Below, in pieces: positions 32,983 through 43,100 of a DNA stretch of 64,000 nucleotides. The stretch is from a virus (Duplodnaviria; Caudoviricetes), in IMG/VR virus record IMGVR_UViG_3300028833_000053. One strand, 5' to 3'. Under the pieces are notes generated by a model that did no database searches, was not told where the DNA came from, and was given only the letters and a program-made list of their open reading frames with translations. The number at the start of each line of letters is the position of its first letter. The stretch's first letter is position 1. Made by a program: the position numbers and the translations under genes.

Positions 32983-33747
32983 ATGAAAAGCGTTATCGAG
33001 GTGTATTCTGACATAGCCGCCGCCAATCCCCCGTGGACTGACGCGGAGGAGAAGGCTTTTATCCAAAGTTGTCTTACGCGCACTGGCAAGTGGAAGCGCA
33101 AGGAACATTTTGTGACCGAAGCCATGAAGCACAATCTTGGACTTGTGTTCAAGTACGTGAACAAGTTGTCGTTCAAGAAGGACGAGGACGTTGTTCAACG
33201 CGCAGTCATTGCAATGGTTGAGGCGTTGCGCAAGTTCGACCCGTCCAAGGGTCACAAAATCTCAACGTGGATAACCAATCCAATCCGCTGGTCAATTTTC
33301 CATTCGCAACATGCCTATTCCAAGGAAGGGGACATTGCCGACGAAATTTCCGCGCTCAACCACAAGTATGGCTTGAAGATGAGCATCGTTTCCATTGACG
33401 CGGAGCTGGGAACAAACTCCGACGAGGACTCCGAGACTTTGGGCAATATCATTTCAACTGGAAACGTCAATCCCGACTATGTTCTTGCCCGTGGCATCAA
33501 GACCATTGAAGAGGAAAAGCAGGAGGCCGACTTGAAGAATGGCGTTGAGAACATGCTTGCCCAGCTTCCGAAGTATCTCAACAAGAAGGAAATGGTTGTG
33601 ATACGCGGACTTCTTGGGGGAAACACCATGACCGAGATTTCTGTGAAGATGAAGCTGAGCCGTATGCGCATCTCGCAAATCTCCGCGAACGCCTTTGAGA
33701 AGATTCGCCGTTCGCCAATGGCACGTCAACTCAGGAAACTCATCTGA
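32983..33747 (+). CDS. Sigma-70 family RNA polymerase sigma factor
   Basis: Region 2 (HNLGLV...KFDPSKGHKISTW..IR) and region 4 HTH (TMTEISVKMKLSRMRISQI). Confidence 0.88.
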   Translation: MKSVIEVYSDIAAANPPWTDAEEKAFIQSCLTRTGKWKRKEHFVTEAMKHNLGLVFKYVNKLSFKKDEDVVQRAVIAMVEALRKFDPSKGHKISTWITNPIRWSIFHSQHAYSKEGDIADEISALNHKYGLKMSIVSIDAELGTNSDEDSETLGNIISTGNVNPDYVLARGIKTIEEEKQEADLKNGVENMLAQLPKYLNKKEMVVIRGLLGGNTMTEISVKMKLSRMRISQISANAFEKIRRSPMARQLRKLI

Positions 33748-34625
33748 TGAGCAAGAACAAATTTGACCTCAAGTATCTTGGCAAACTCCGAAACCGGGTT
33801 CCTTTCCGTCCCGAAGAGGGCGAGGATGGAATTGGTGGCATCCCCATTGACTGGTATGAATTCAATTTGCTTTACCACAGCAGGCGGCCGGTCATTGTGG
33901 AATGTCCCTATTACTGCTGGGGTTTGGGCGACAATCTCATGTCCCTCTATGGGGCGTTGAGGATGTCCCTTGAATGGAGGACGTTGGGTGTTTTCGCCGC
34001 TTCCGCGGACGCCTATGGCTTGCTTTCCGACAAACTGTACAACTTCCTTGTTGCGAAATCCAAGTGGCGTCCGAAGGGCAAGCGAATGGCGTTGGTGAGG
34101 AAGCGCGAGGAATTCAACGTTGCCATGGCCGATGATTGGGTTTTCTACGTCAACTTCTCCGACACGTTCAACTATCCCGGACTTGAGGACTTGCCATCCT
34201 CGACCCTTGCCACTCTGACCTTGATGAACGAGACGAATGGCTTCAAGGACTGGCAAGGCGCGATTGCAAGGGAAATGCGGTGGTATGGAGACACCGTTCC
34301 AAACATGCACAAGATTGTGGTTCTTTGGGATAACAAGTATCCCGAGAAGTTGAATGAAATCAAGCAGAGGTATGGAAAGCAGTTCGTGTTCATAGAGTAT
34401 GGCAAGGAAAAGGCTTTCGTCAATGATTGGTTCAAGGAGAACGATACCATGCTTGACCCGTTGTTCGACATCCGCTTGATGGAGCCTGGAATGGATATGA
34501 GGAAAGTCCTGCTTTACGCAGCCACCAACTACCTCTACAAGTTCCGCGAGTGGGCAAGAATCAATCCCGAACTTCTTGAAAAGTCTTTCAGAAAAGACGA
34601 GATAAAGGACTTGATGGGAAAGTGA
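33747..34625 (+). CDS. Hypothetical protein (GLGDNL motif, weakly glycosyltransferase-like)
   Basis: 292-aa coupled ORF; function tentative. Confidence 0.6.
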   Translation: MSKNKFDLKYLGKLRNRVPFRPEEGEDGIGGIPIDWYEFNLLYHSRRPVIVECPYYCWGLGDNLMSLYGALRMSLEWRTLGVFAASADAYGLLSDKLYNFLVAKSKWRPKGKRMALVRKREEFNVAMADDWVFYVNFSDTFNYPGLEDLPSSTLATLTLMNETNGFKDWQGAIAREMRWYGDTVPNMHKIVVLWDNKYPEKLNEIKQRYGKQFVFIEYGKEKAFVNDWFKENDTMLDPLFDIRLMEPGMDMRKVLLYAATNYLYKFREWARINPELLEKSFRKDEIKDLMGK

Positions 34626-34996
34626 GAATACCAGTTCCAAAGTACCTCTACCATAGGACTTCCAACGAGGCTTATGGTTTGATATTGCGCGATGGCAGGA
34701 TAAAGTCAACCGGAACGCCGGCGTCTTGCACCAGATACCAGGAATGGAAGTTTGACAAGAAGGGAAACGACAAGTGGCATTGCGTTTTCCTTGGCGATTC
34801 CGTGGACTTCACAACGGGAATGACGTGGGGTGGGGATGTTGTGTTGAAGATTCGCACAAAGAACTTGAAGGGGAAGAAGTTGGACATGGATCACAACGTC
34901 AGCAAGTGGGACTATGGGCGCAGTTTCAGCTACTATGGCGACATCCCGATTTCCGAAATCGTTGAAACCATCATTGACAAATGGCATTACTTGTGA
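34622..34996 (+). CDS. ADP-ribosyltransferase-fold (KptA/DUF952-like) protein
   Basis: LYHRT....ILRDG, VFL, VVLKI, Y.GDIP pattern. Confidence 0.55.
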   Translation: MRIPVPKYLYHRTSNEAYGLILRDGRIKSTGTPASCTRYQEWKFDKKGNDKWHCVFLGDSVDFTTGMTWGGDVVLKIRTKNLKGKKLDMDHNVSKWDYGRSFSYYGDIPISEIVETIIDKWHYL

Positions 34997-35010
34997 TATA
35001 CTGGTAAATA
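34974..35010 (+). promoter_or_regulatory. Tandem sigma-70 promoter and GGTAAATA motif
   Basis: TTGACA-N17-TATACT immediately followed by GGTAAATA. Confidence 0.65.
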
Positions 35011-35015
35011 GAGTT

Positions 35016-35543
35016 ATGAAAATTGAAGTGTACAGCTTGAACAAGATTCTCAAGGTCGCGGACCGTGAGAAGGGGTGCAACATTCTCTCAATCAGAGATC
35101 CCTATGCAGGGGACGATGGCACGACGGACGCGAAACATGCGTGTCTTGACAGGAGAATCGCAAGGAATGGAATCAACGCCAAGATTGTCTATTTCGACGA
35201 CATAGACCCGTACCGTTTCTATCATGACATGGAGCATCCTTTCATCAAGGCGAAGTTCGTGGATGGAACGCATCAGCCCACGTTTTTCAACGCGCAGATT
35301 GCCGGCGAGATAATGCACTGGGTGATGGACTTGTGGAAGAAAGACCACAACTGCACCATCAAGATTCATTGTTGGGCGGGCCGTTCTCGGTCGCAGGCCG
35401 TTGGCTATTGGCTGAACATGTACTTTAACCTCATGTTGGAGCGCAACATTGAGGACTACATGGCGAACAACGCCGTCAACGTGACGGAGAAGATTCACTT
35501 CAATTGCGAGGTGCTGCGCGTGTTCACGTCAACTTTTGGATGA
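35016..35543 (+). CDS. Protein-tyrosine/dual-specificity phosphatase-like protein
   Basis: P-loop IHCWAGRSRS; FDD motif. Confidence 0.8.
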   Translation: MKIEVYSLNKILKVADREKGCNILSIRDPYAGDDGTTDAKHACLDRRIARNGINAKIVYFDDIDPYRFYHDMEHPFIKAKFVDGTHQPTFFNAQIAGEIMHWVMDLWKKDHNCTIKIHCWAGRSRSQAVGYWLNMYFNLMLERNIEDYMANNAVNVTEKIHFNCEVLRVFTSTFG

Positions 35544-38225
35544 CGAGCCGCTTGAGCTGGAGGACGATGAGGAACTTCCCCCGCCACCTTCCTGCCCTCC
35601 CGTTCCAAATTTCATCATGCTCTCGAAGTTTGCAAGGGACTTAACCAACTTGTCAAACTTGTTGCAGGCGCACTTCACCGGTATGCACTTCGGCTCAACG
35701 TGGTTCTCGGAAAGGGACAGGTGATTCCAAGGCTTGAGTTCCGTTATGTCAATGCCGCCTTGGCAAAGTTCAGCGGCAAGGCAAGTTTCATTTGCTTCCG
35801 ACTGTACGCTTGAACCCATGTTCATTTGGTCTTCGTTGGAATACTTGTTTGGTTGAAGTTCGTGCAAGGCAATCTCCTCATCGTACTCCTTCTTGTTCTT
35901 CATGTTGTTCACGTCGGAATAGATGCCATACGCCTCTTCAACCTTCTTGAGCAGTTTGTGGTTCTTCTCGCGCAGTTCGTTTATCTCGCATAGTTGGGCA
36001 TCGTTACAGCAGTTTCCATTCAACGATGGGTCTGCCATGACCGCTGAAATGGCAGCTTGCTTTATTCCAATTGCTTCAACCGCCGCGCACATCCACTGGC
36101 AAAGTTCCTTCACGAAAGGTCTGTAGTTCTCCGAGAGGAACGCTATGTTCTCCACCTTGTAGCACACGCAAATGGGCTTTAGCAGGTCGCAAAGGTGTCC
36201 GGGGCAGGTGAAGTGACCTATCAAGTCGCATGTGTCGAAGTTGTACGAGTCATAGCCGGTGCTTGCTGCCGTTTCACTGATAAGGGTTTGGTCAACAACA
36301 ACTGGACTCCAAGGCGAACAAGAACTCATTACAATAGCACCCATTGGGATTTGGTGGGTGTGGTCGTGTTCCGTTGTCACCGGAACTTCCTGCAAACGCC
36401 ACCAGTTGTCCGGGCAACTTATGATCCCATCCGTTCCACCGCCATGGTGTTCAACCTCTATTCTCCACAGTCTTGTCAAGAACTCCCTTTCCCAACAGTC
36501 ATACACTTCCGTCCATGCGTCCAACATGGAATCCTCAAATGCGTTTATGCTGTCAATTGCCATTTGACACCAAGTTGGAAGTTCTATTGTCGGGCCTTTT
36601 TCTCCGTACTCCCAAAGTTGGTTGAACATAGAGTCAAGAATGTTCTTTCCTTTCTTCGGCAACAGAGCCTGGTTCACCATTACGTCCATCACGCCCTGTT
36701 GGATTACGCACTTGAAGGCCGTTATGTGCTTCTTGAGTTTCTTCGGGCACATTCTTGTGTGGGTGATGGAACAGTGCCACCCTGGGTTCTCGTGGTCGCC
36801 TTTCTAGTCCTCTATGAGTTCGTTCATTATGTCCAACGCGCCATAGACCGGATTGGCAAGAGTGTCTATGTTGCACCATATCAAGGGGAACGGTCCAGGC
36901 CCGGAAGGGCATACGCATCTGCATTGCTTCATCGTGTCAAGGGACTTTTCCCTCAATTCTTGGAACAGCTTTTTCACGCAACTCAACTTGTTCGTAAGGG
37001 TGAATTTCTCAACGGCATCCTCCTTTGGCGCAATATACGTTGTACCTTCCTTCTTGTGGTTTTCCACACCCGTGTCGGTTACGCCAAGTTTCTTTCCCAT
37101 TTGGGAGTCTATTATCTTGGAAGTGAAAATCTTTTCCTTGTCTTGAGCCGCGTCTTGCTCTATCGTTTCCTTCACGTTGAGGAACTTTGAGATTGTCTGT
37201 GACACCGCGTCCTTGTTCATCAACCTGTCAATCACGCCCTCCAGCAAATCCACTTTGCGAATCATCGTCTCGATTGCGATTGGCTGCATGGGGAATTCGC
37301 AATAGGTTCCGAGTTTCATCATTTCAACCATTTCGCCCGTGAGACCGGGAACCCAATAGTCCTTGCAGTAGCGTTTGGTGCAAGAGTCCGGTCCGCGCTT
37401 GATGAACCAGTTGTTCGCCCAATCCTTCAATGCACGTCCAGTCCAAAACACGTTTGTTTGGAACGTCTCTTTGCAATCTTGGTTGGGGATGGAAAGAAGT
37501 TTGTCGTAGGAGTTGTTGTCAACCACAGTGTAGAGGTGTTCCATTCGCAGGATGTTTGCCTTGTACTGGTCAAGCGCCGCAAGCACCACGTTCTTGTCCT
37601 TTTCGTAGTGTTGCACCCAGCCTTCCGGGGCGAAGAACCTTGGATTGGTTGTTTCGGGATCGTAGATCTTCCCTTCAAGTTTTAGGAAGTCACGGCACGT
37701 CTTCTCCATCGTGATGAGATCGTCCTGTGGGGTGAACTGATCTGCAACGTTGTCGCGTTGCGTGATGGGGCAAGAGCTCTGTTTTGGAATGGCACGATAC
37801 ACGGTGAATATCTTTTTGCACATGGAGTTGACGGAATCATCAACGTCCTGCATTCCAACTTCACCAAGATCGGTGTCGGGATTTGTTCCACCCGGATATT
37901 CAGCTGCACTGTCCCCATTGGCAGAGCCGCCGCCGCAACTGCCGCCTTTTTTCTTTTGTTGTTCCTCTTCTTTGTCCTTGCCGTCTTCACCACTGCTTTC
38001 AGTCATTTGGGACAACTGGTCGAGTATGGCATCCTCTGCCTTGTCCCCTGCCCAAGAACCTACTTTTTCCCCGATATATCCTCCAACCATGCTTCCTATC
38101 GGACCGCCATATGCCGCACCAATGGATTCACCTGCCGCTTTTCCAGCTTTACCCCCTATTTGTGAACCCATCTGCCCTCTTTCAACTGGCGTGTTTTCAA
38201 TGAGATTTTCTTTCAATTCTTCCAT
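35529..38225 (-). CDS. Cys-rich virion-like protein with N-terminal glycine zipper (898 aa), TAG read-through at 36804
   Basis: Two same-frame ORFs separated only by TAG; ends TGA; GGTAAATA upstream. Confidence 0.75.
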
Positions 38226-38249
38226 CGTTAAACGTTCCTTCCATTGTGG

Positions 38250-38280
38250 TATTTACCATTTATCCCAAATATGGTATACT
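38250..38280. promoter_or_regulatory. Overlapping divergent promoters: leftward GGTAAATA and rightward TTTACC-N17-TATACT
   Basis: TATTTACC at 38250-38257; TATACT at 38275-38280. Confidence 0.55.
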
Positions 38281-38291
38281 GTATATGAGCC

Positions 38292-39413
38292 ATGAAAAGC
38301 GAACGATACGGCATAGAGCATAGATACATAGATTCAATTCAATGTCCGGTGGACTTGGATGCCCTCGTAATGTCGAAGGACTGCACGCCGAAGTTCATTG
38401 AGGAGAACTTGAACATAGGCGACGACATAATGTGGGATGCCATTCGCCTTTCAACATGCAACTATTGGCTTTTGAAGTTGGACGTGTTGAAGGAGTTTTC
38501 GCCAAGGTTCCGGAAGCGCATATACAAGTCGTTGCCGGCGTTCAGTCGGATGATTCGCGTGTACTTCTATATCCAGGCTATGACGAGCAACGAAAAGGAG
38601 TTGAAGGACGAGCTGCTGGATTGGGAGAACGAACATGGCATCACCGATTCCAACTTGAACCTGTACAACCCCTTGAACAACTTGAGCAACAACTTGAAGG
38701 TGTGGGACTTGAAGGTGTTGGCCGGGCAGTTGACCTTGCGCAAGTACCTTCTTGACCGCATAAAGGCGTTTCTTGACAAGAACGACAAGTCTCAGGTTGA
38801 TTTCAGCAGTTCGCTGTATTTGACCGAGTTGTTGAATCCAAAGTTCTTCAGCCAGTTGTCGGAGGCAGAGCACATAGTCCTTCTTGGCAACCTTGAAAAC
38901 TACTTCACCGTTGTTGAGAAGTTCGCAAAGAAGGGCTTGACTTTGCGTACAACCTACAGTCCGCATCATGAGTTCAATCCACCGCAGCATTTGTTGAAGC
39001 ACGTTCTATCTGGGGAGTTCCCCTACACCAACCGCGTGAAGATGATTGCTTGGAGGCAGTTGTGCAAGGAAGTTGACAGGCAGATGAACGCCTTTACAAC
39101 GTCCTCTGGTGTGTTCAAGATATTCAACGGCGACAAGATGGAGAAGCAGTTTGAGCCGATGTTGAAGCGGTTGAACGATGCCGGCTACAGTTATGTCAAT
39201 CTGGCGGAGTGGCTGGACAACGCCGAGGGGGTGTTTGAGTCATTTGAACTTGACTGCACTTTGCACAACCTTTCGGCGACCGACTACATTCTTCCGATAT
39301 TGTCAAAAAAGGACTACTACAAGATGGCGGATGGTTTGGTGAATTTTCAGGATGATGAAACAAGGAATATGCTGTTCAAGGAAGTCTCCGAAAGTATGGA
39401 ATCTTTCCGATGA
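38292..39413 (+). CDS. Hypothetical protein
   Basis: 373-aa ORF. Confidence 0.8.
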   Translation: MKSERYGIEHRYIDSIQCPVDLDALVMSKDCTPKFIEENLNIGDDIMWDAIRLSTCNYWLLKLDVLKEFSPRFRKRIYKSLPAFSRMIRVYFYIQAMTSNEKELKDELLDWENEHGITDSNLNLYNPLNNLSNNLKVWDLKVLAGQLTLRKYLLDRIKAFLDKNDKSQVDFSSSLYLTELLNPKFFSQLSEAEHIVLLGNLENYFTVVEKFAKKGLTLRTTYSPHHEFNPPQHLLKHVLSGEFPYTNRVKMIAWRQLCKEVDRQMNAFTTSSGVFKIFNGDKMEKQFEPMLKRLNDAGYSYVNLAEWLDNAEGVFESFELDCTLHNLSATDYILPILSKKDYYKMADGLVNFQDDETRNMLFKEVSESMESFR

Positions 39414-39451
39414 TGGTAAATAGAGAATGACAATTGAAGGTGAGTAAAAAC

Positions 39452-40042
39452 ATGAGCAAGTATTTTGACAAACTGTTGAAGATGAACGAGAGCCTTGACA
39501 AGGAACTCAAGAACAAGGGATTGGTAAAGGAAGGAGATGATGATGCCCAGGTTCCAGTTCCTGCAGATTCATTGACGGATGACCAAAAGAAGGGCATTTT
39601 GTCCGACACGTTGAAGGACGCGGGCTTGGAAGTTGACCAGAAGGTTGTGGATGAGTTGGTCAAGAACCCAGAGGAAATGGCTGGCGTTCAGAAGATTTTG
39701 GGGGATGAGCAGAAGAACGAAAGTGCCGAAGAGTTGGGGGATATTTCCGAGGAAGTTGTGATTCGCATGGATGACGATGACCTTGACATGCACGGCTATG
39801 TTTCCACTAGGGGTGGAAAGGAACTTGTACTTACGGACAACATGGAAGAGGCGCAGAAGTTTCAACATGAAGAACTTGGTCAAAACCGGATTGAAGCCAT
39901 CTGCAACAAGTTCCATTACGATCCAAGCACGTTCAAGACGGTATCGGTTGATCCAAGGGCGGATGAGCCTTATGAAGACGACGAATCCGAGCAATGGATA
40001 AGTCTGAATCCCCTTGACCCTACTGCCACCACCATTGGATAA
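39452..40042 (+). CDS. Acidic putative head-associated protein
   Basis: GGTAAATA at 39415-39422; KMNES, LVKEG, KNES motifs. Confidence 0.65.
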   Translation: MSKYFDKLLKMNESLDKELKNKGLVKEGDDDAQVPVPADSLTDDQKKGILSDTLKDAGLEVDQKVVDELVKNPEEMAGVQKILGDEQKNESAEELGDISEEVVIRMDDDDLDMHGYVSTRGGKELVLTDNMEEAQKFQHEELGQNRIEAICNKFHYDPSTFKTVSVDPRADEPYEDDESEQWISLNPLDPTATTIG

Positions 40043-40060
40043 ACCGTTGAGATAACAATG

Positions 40061-40095
40061 CAAAATTGCGGCATCCGTGAGGGTGCCGTTTTTGC
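40061..40095 (+). terminator. Intrinsic terminator
   Basis: GCGGCATCC-GTGA-GGGTGCCGT followed by a T-run. Confidence 0.7.
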
Positions 40096-40121
40096 TATAT
40101 ATGGAACTGTCCTCAAAAAAT

Positions 40122-40129
40122 GGTAAATA
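40122..40129 (+). promoter_or_regulatory. Putative late promoter GGTAAATA
   Basis: Recurrent motif upstream of a recoded gene. Confidence 0.6.
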
Positions 40130-40154
40130 GCAGCATAACTGAAAATGTGACATA

Positions 40155-43100
40155 ATGGCTCAACCAAGGACACAAGATAACCAAAAGGTATTTCAATCGG
40201 CGACATAGAACTTCAAGTCCTTTGTCGGTGCGGTTGACAATGTGTCGTCGTCAAAGAACATCAGTGAAATCTACGACAACATGACAAAGTTGTTTGACGT
40301 TTTCACCCAAGGTGCTTTGACGGGTCAGGGCGCAAACTCCGAGATTTTGCTGCGAACTGTCTACCGTTCCTTGTCGGATGACTTCCTGAAGATAATCCAG
40401 GACACGGACGCCGTTGAAAAGATAGTGGAACTCATAAAGAGCAAGCAGGAAAGCATAGACCCTGAGCAGGTTGACCAGGCTATGGTTTCCGAGACCACGA
40501 AGAAGGTTGTCACGAAGACGCTTGACCCATACGAGTGCGATCCAATGTCCGTGGTGTTGGATTTCGTTGACGAGCTTCAAACGGCAATTCTTCAAGTCAA
40601 GCTCAACCTCTCGCGTGAATACGAGAGGAAGAAGCTGGCTTATGCGAAATCCTATGAGGGACAACAGGAAGATCTTGACCGCCTCAATCAGGAATACACC
40701 GAGCAGGACGAGGCTATGGTGGAAGTCCTTGAACAGATGTCCGAGGACGAGGAGACTTGGAAAGAGGATTCGCTTGAGAAGTTGGAGAAGTTGCTTGAGA
40801 CGTTCAATGAGATTGGCAAGGGCAAGGATTCCAACTATGAGTTGTTGCAGGGTGTTGACAAAACCCTGTCCACCGACAAGCAGATTCAGCAATTCTTGAA
40901 GGAGAAGCCACCGAAGTTCTCTCCGAAGAAAACGCTTGATGCCATAAAGGGTGTTGGGCAGTTGAAGAGCAAGCCGGACGTCACAACCGTTGAGAGCAAG
41001 ACCCAAACCAAGACCGTTGTGAAGTCCACGCAAACGGAAATCAAGAACACGGTTGTGGTGAAGGAAAAGGCGAAGAAAGACGGAAAGAAAGTTCCATAGC
41101 CGAAGGTTCCTGAAAAACCAGTTGCGAAGGACGAGAAGAAAAAGGAAACGCCTGTAAAGGAAAAGACACCCGAAACGCCGACTCCGGTGAAGAAGGATGA
41201 GGCAAAGACGCAGACCCCACAGGTTCCGGAGAAAACTCCAGAACCCATTGGCAAGAAGGGTCCGCCACCAATCCAGCAGGAAAAGATAAAGGTTGCTCCG
41301 CCTCCACCATTGCCGGTAGTTCCACCTCAAATCGAGAAAGAAGAAAAGCCGAACGAGGATGAAAAGGCTAAAAAGCCCATTATGGAAAAACCCATAATGG
41401 AGAAGCCCATTATTCAAAAGCCGGTAATGGGAAAGCCGATAATAGAAAAGGCGGTTGACGAAAAACCCAAGGTTGAGAAACCAACTCTGGAAAAGGCAAC
41501 GAAGGAAAAGCCGACAATTGAGAAACCAAAGGTTGAACCAGTATAGGTATAGAAGCCAACCTTGGAGAAGCCAATGGTCGAGAAGCCGACGGTTGAAAAG
41601 CCCGTCGAGCAAAAGCCAATTGTTGAAAAGCCTGTAGTTGAAAAACCCAAAGAGGGAAAGACCACGGTTGAGAAGCCCAAGGTTGAAAAACCTAAAGTTG
41701 AGAAGCCAATTACAGAAAAACCCGTTGTTGCCAAGCCAATTGTTGAAAAGCCAAAGGTTGAGAAGCCGACATTTGAGAAGCCAAAGGACGAGAAGCCTGT
41801 AGTTGAGAAGCCCGTTCAACAAAAGCCGAAAGTCGAGAAGCCTCTTGTTGCGAAGCCGGTGGAGAAGAAGCCTTTGATAGGCAAGCCGTTGGTGAAGAAG
41901 CCCATTTTGGAAAAGCCGACGGAAGGGAAGCCCATTGTCCAAAAGCCATTGGTCAGGAAGCCTCTCATACAAAAGCCTGTTCTGTCAAAACCAGTTCTTG
42001 GAAAGCCGACAATGGGGAAGCCCATTTTCCAGAAGCCAATCACGCAAAAGCCCCTTCTTCAGAAGCCAATAGTTGAGAAGCCCATAAAGAAGAAGCCGTT
42101 GTTGGAAAAGCCGAAGGTTGAAAAGGCGAAGGTGGCGAAGCCGAAAATTGAAAAGGTCAAGTCAAAGGCCGCAAAAAAGGCTCCTGCCAAAATAGTCAAA
42201 AAGGCTGCAAATGCCGTTCCAAAGTCCCCAATGGGGAAAAAGACGCCCGACCCGAAATTGGCGCAAAAGAACTTTGCAAAGGAGTTGGACAAGACCTTGA
42301 ACGCCGGAAAAGTTCAAGAGCAGAAGTACACCAAGCAGTTGGATGTAATAGAGAAGTTTTTGGCAAAGGACGAGAAAGACGATAAGCAAAAGCACGCCGA
42401 GGATGCAAAGCAGCACAAAGAAGATGACATCATCTTCAAGAAGATGCAGGAGAAGGAAAAGAAGGTAAATGCTGCGAAGGACAAGGCCGAAAAAGAAAAG
42501 CGGGACGAGGAGAGGAAAAAGCAAGCCGCAAAGAAGAAGGAGGCGCCGAAGGCCGTCAAGGCGCAACCCAAACCCGCGTCGGCTCTTGGAAAGAAACCCG
42601 CTCCAGAGAAGCCAAAGGACACCAAGCTCAAGGTGAAGCCCAATGCGGGAATGTGTACGTGCCCGATATGCGGTTCGCAACACCTTCCTGGAATGCACTC
42701 ACATGGCGGGAAGAAAAAGGGTGCAATGCCAATGCCGATTCCCGTTCCAATGGGGAAGGGAAAGCAGGGCAAGTTGGCGCAACCCGCAATTCCATTGAAT
42801 CCACTTGGAGGTGACTAGTCCGAGGGTGGAATTCCACAGGACAAGATTGTGTCCACCCTTGGCACAATCCACGACAACTTGGGCAAGACGATGAACAACA
42901 AGAAGTTCAAGAACTCCTTCATGCTCAACTACAAGCCGATTCAAAAGGGCGTGAAGAAGCAACTTGACAAGGTTGGTTCGGACGAGAAAACCATCAGCCA
43001 GGACTTGGCGGAAACAGAGAAGGGCATCAAGAAGTTGAAGAACAAGAAGAAGGGCAGCTTCCTTTCGAGGTTGATGAACGGCGGCATAACCGGACTCATA

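Noticed and set aside
21408-39413. Paralogy between the 21408 and 38292 genes
   Set aside because: Similar size and context, but only a trivial LD.L.M match; cannot be supported by eye
40251-41972. Long minus-strand ORFs (also 21549-22562, 16798-17757 and others)
   Set aside because: Antisense shadows of biased or repetitive plus-strand genes, with no motifs or expression signals
41373-42152. CRISPR array
   Set aside because: Degenerate in-frame coding repeats with no repeat-spacer structure; none seen elsewhere in the window
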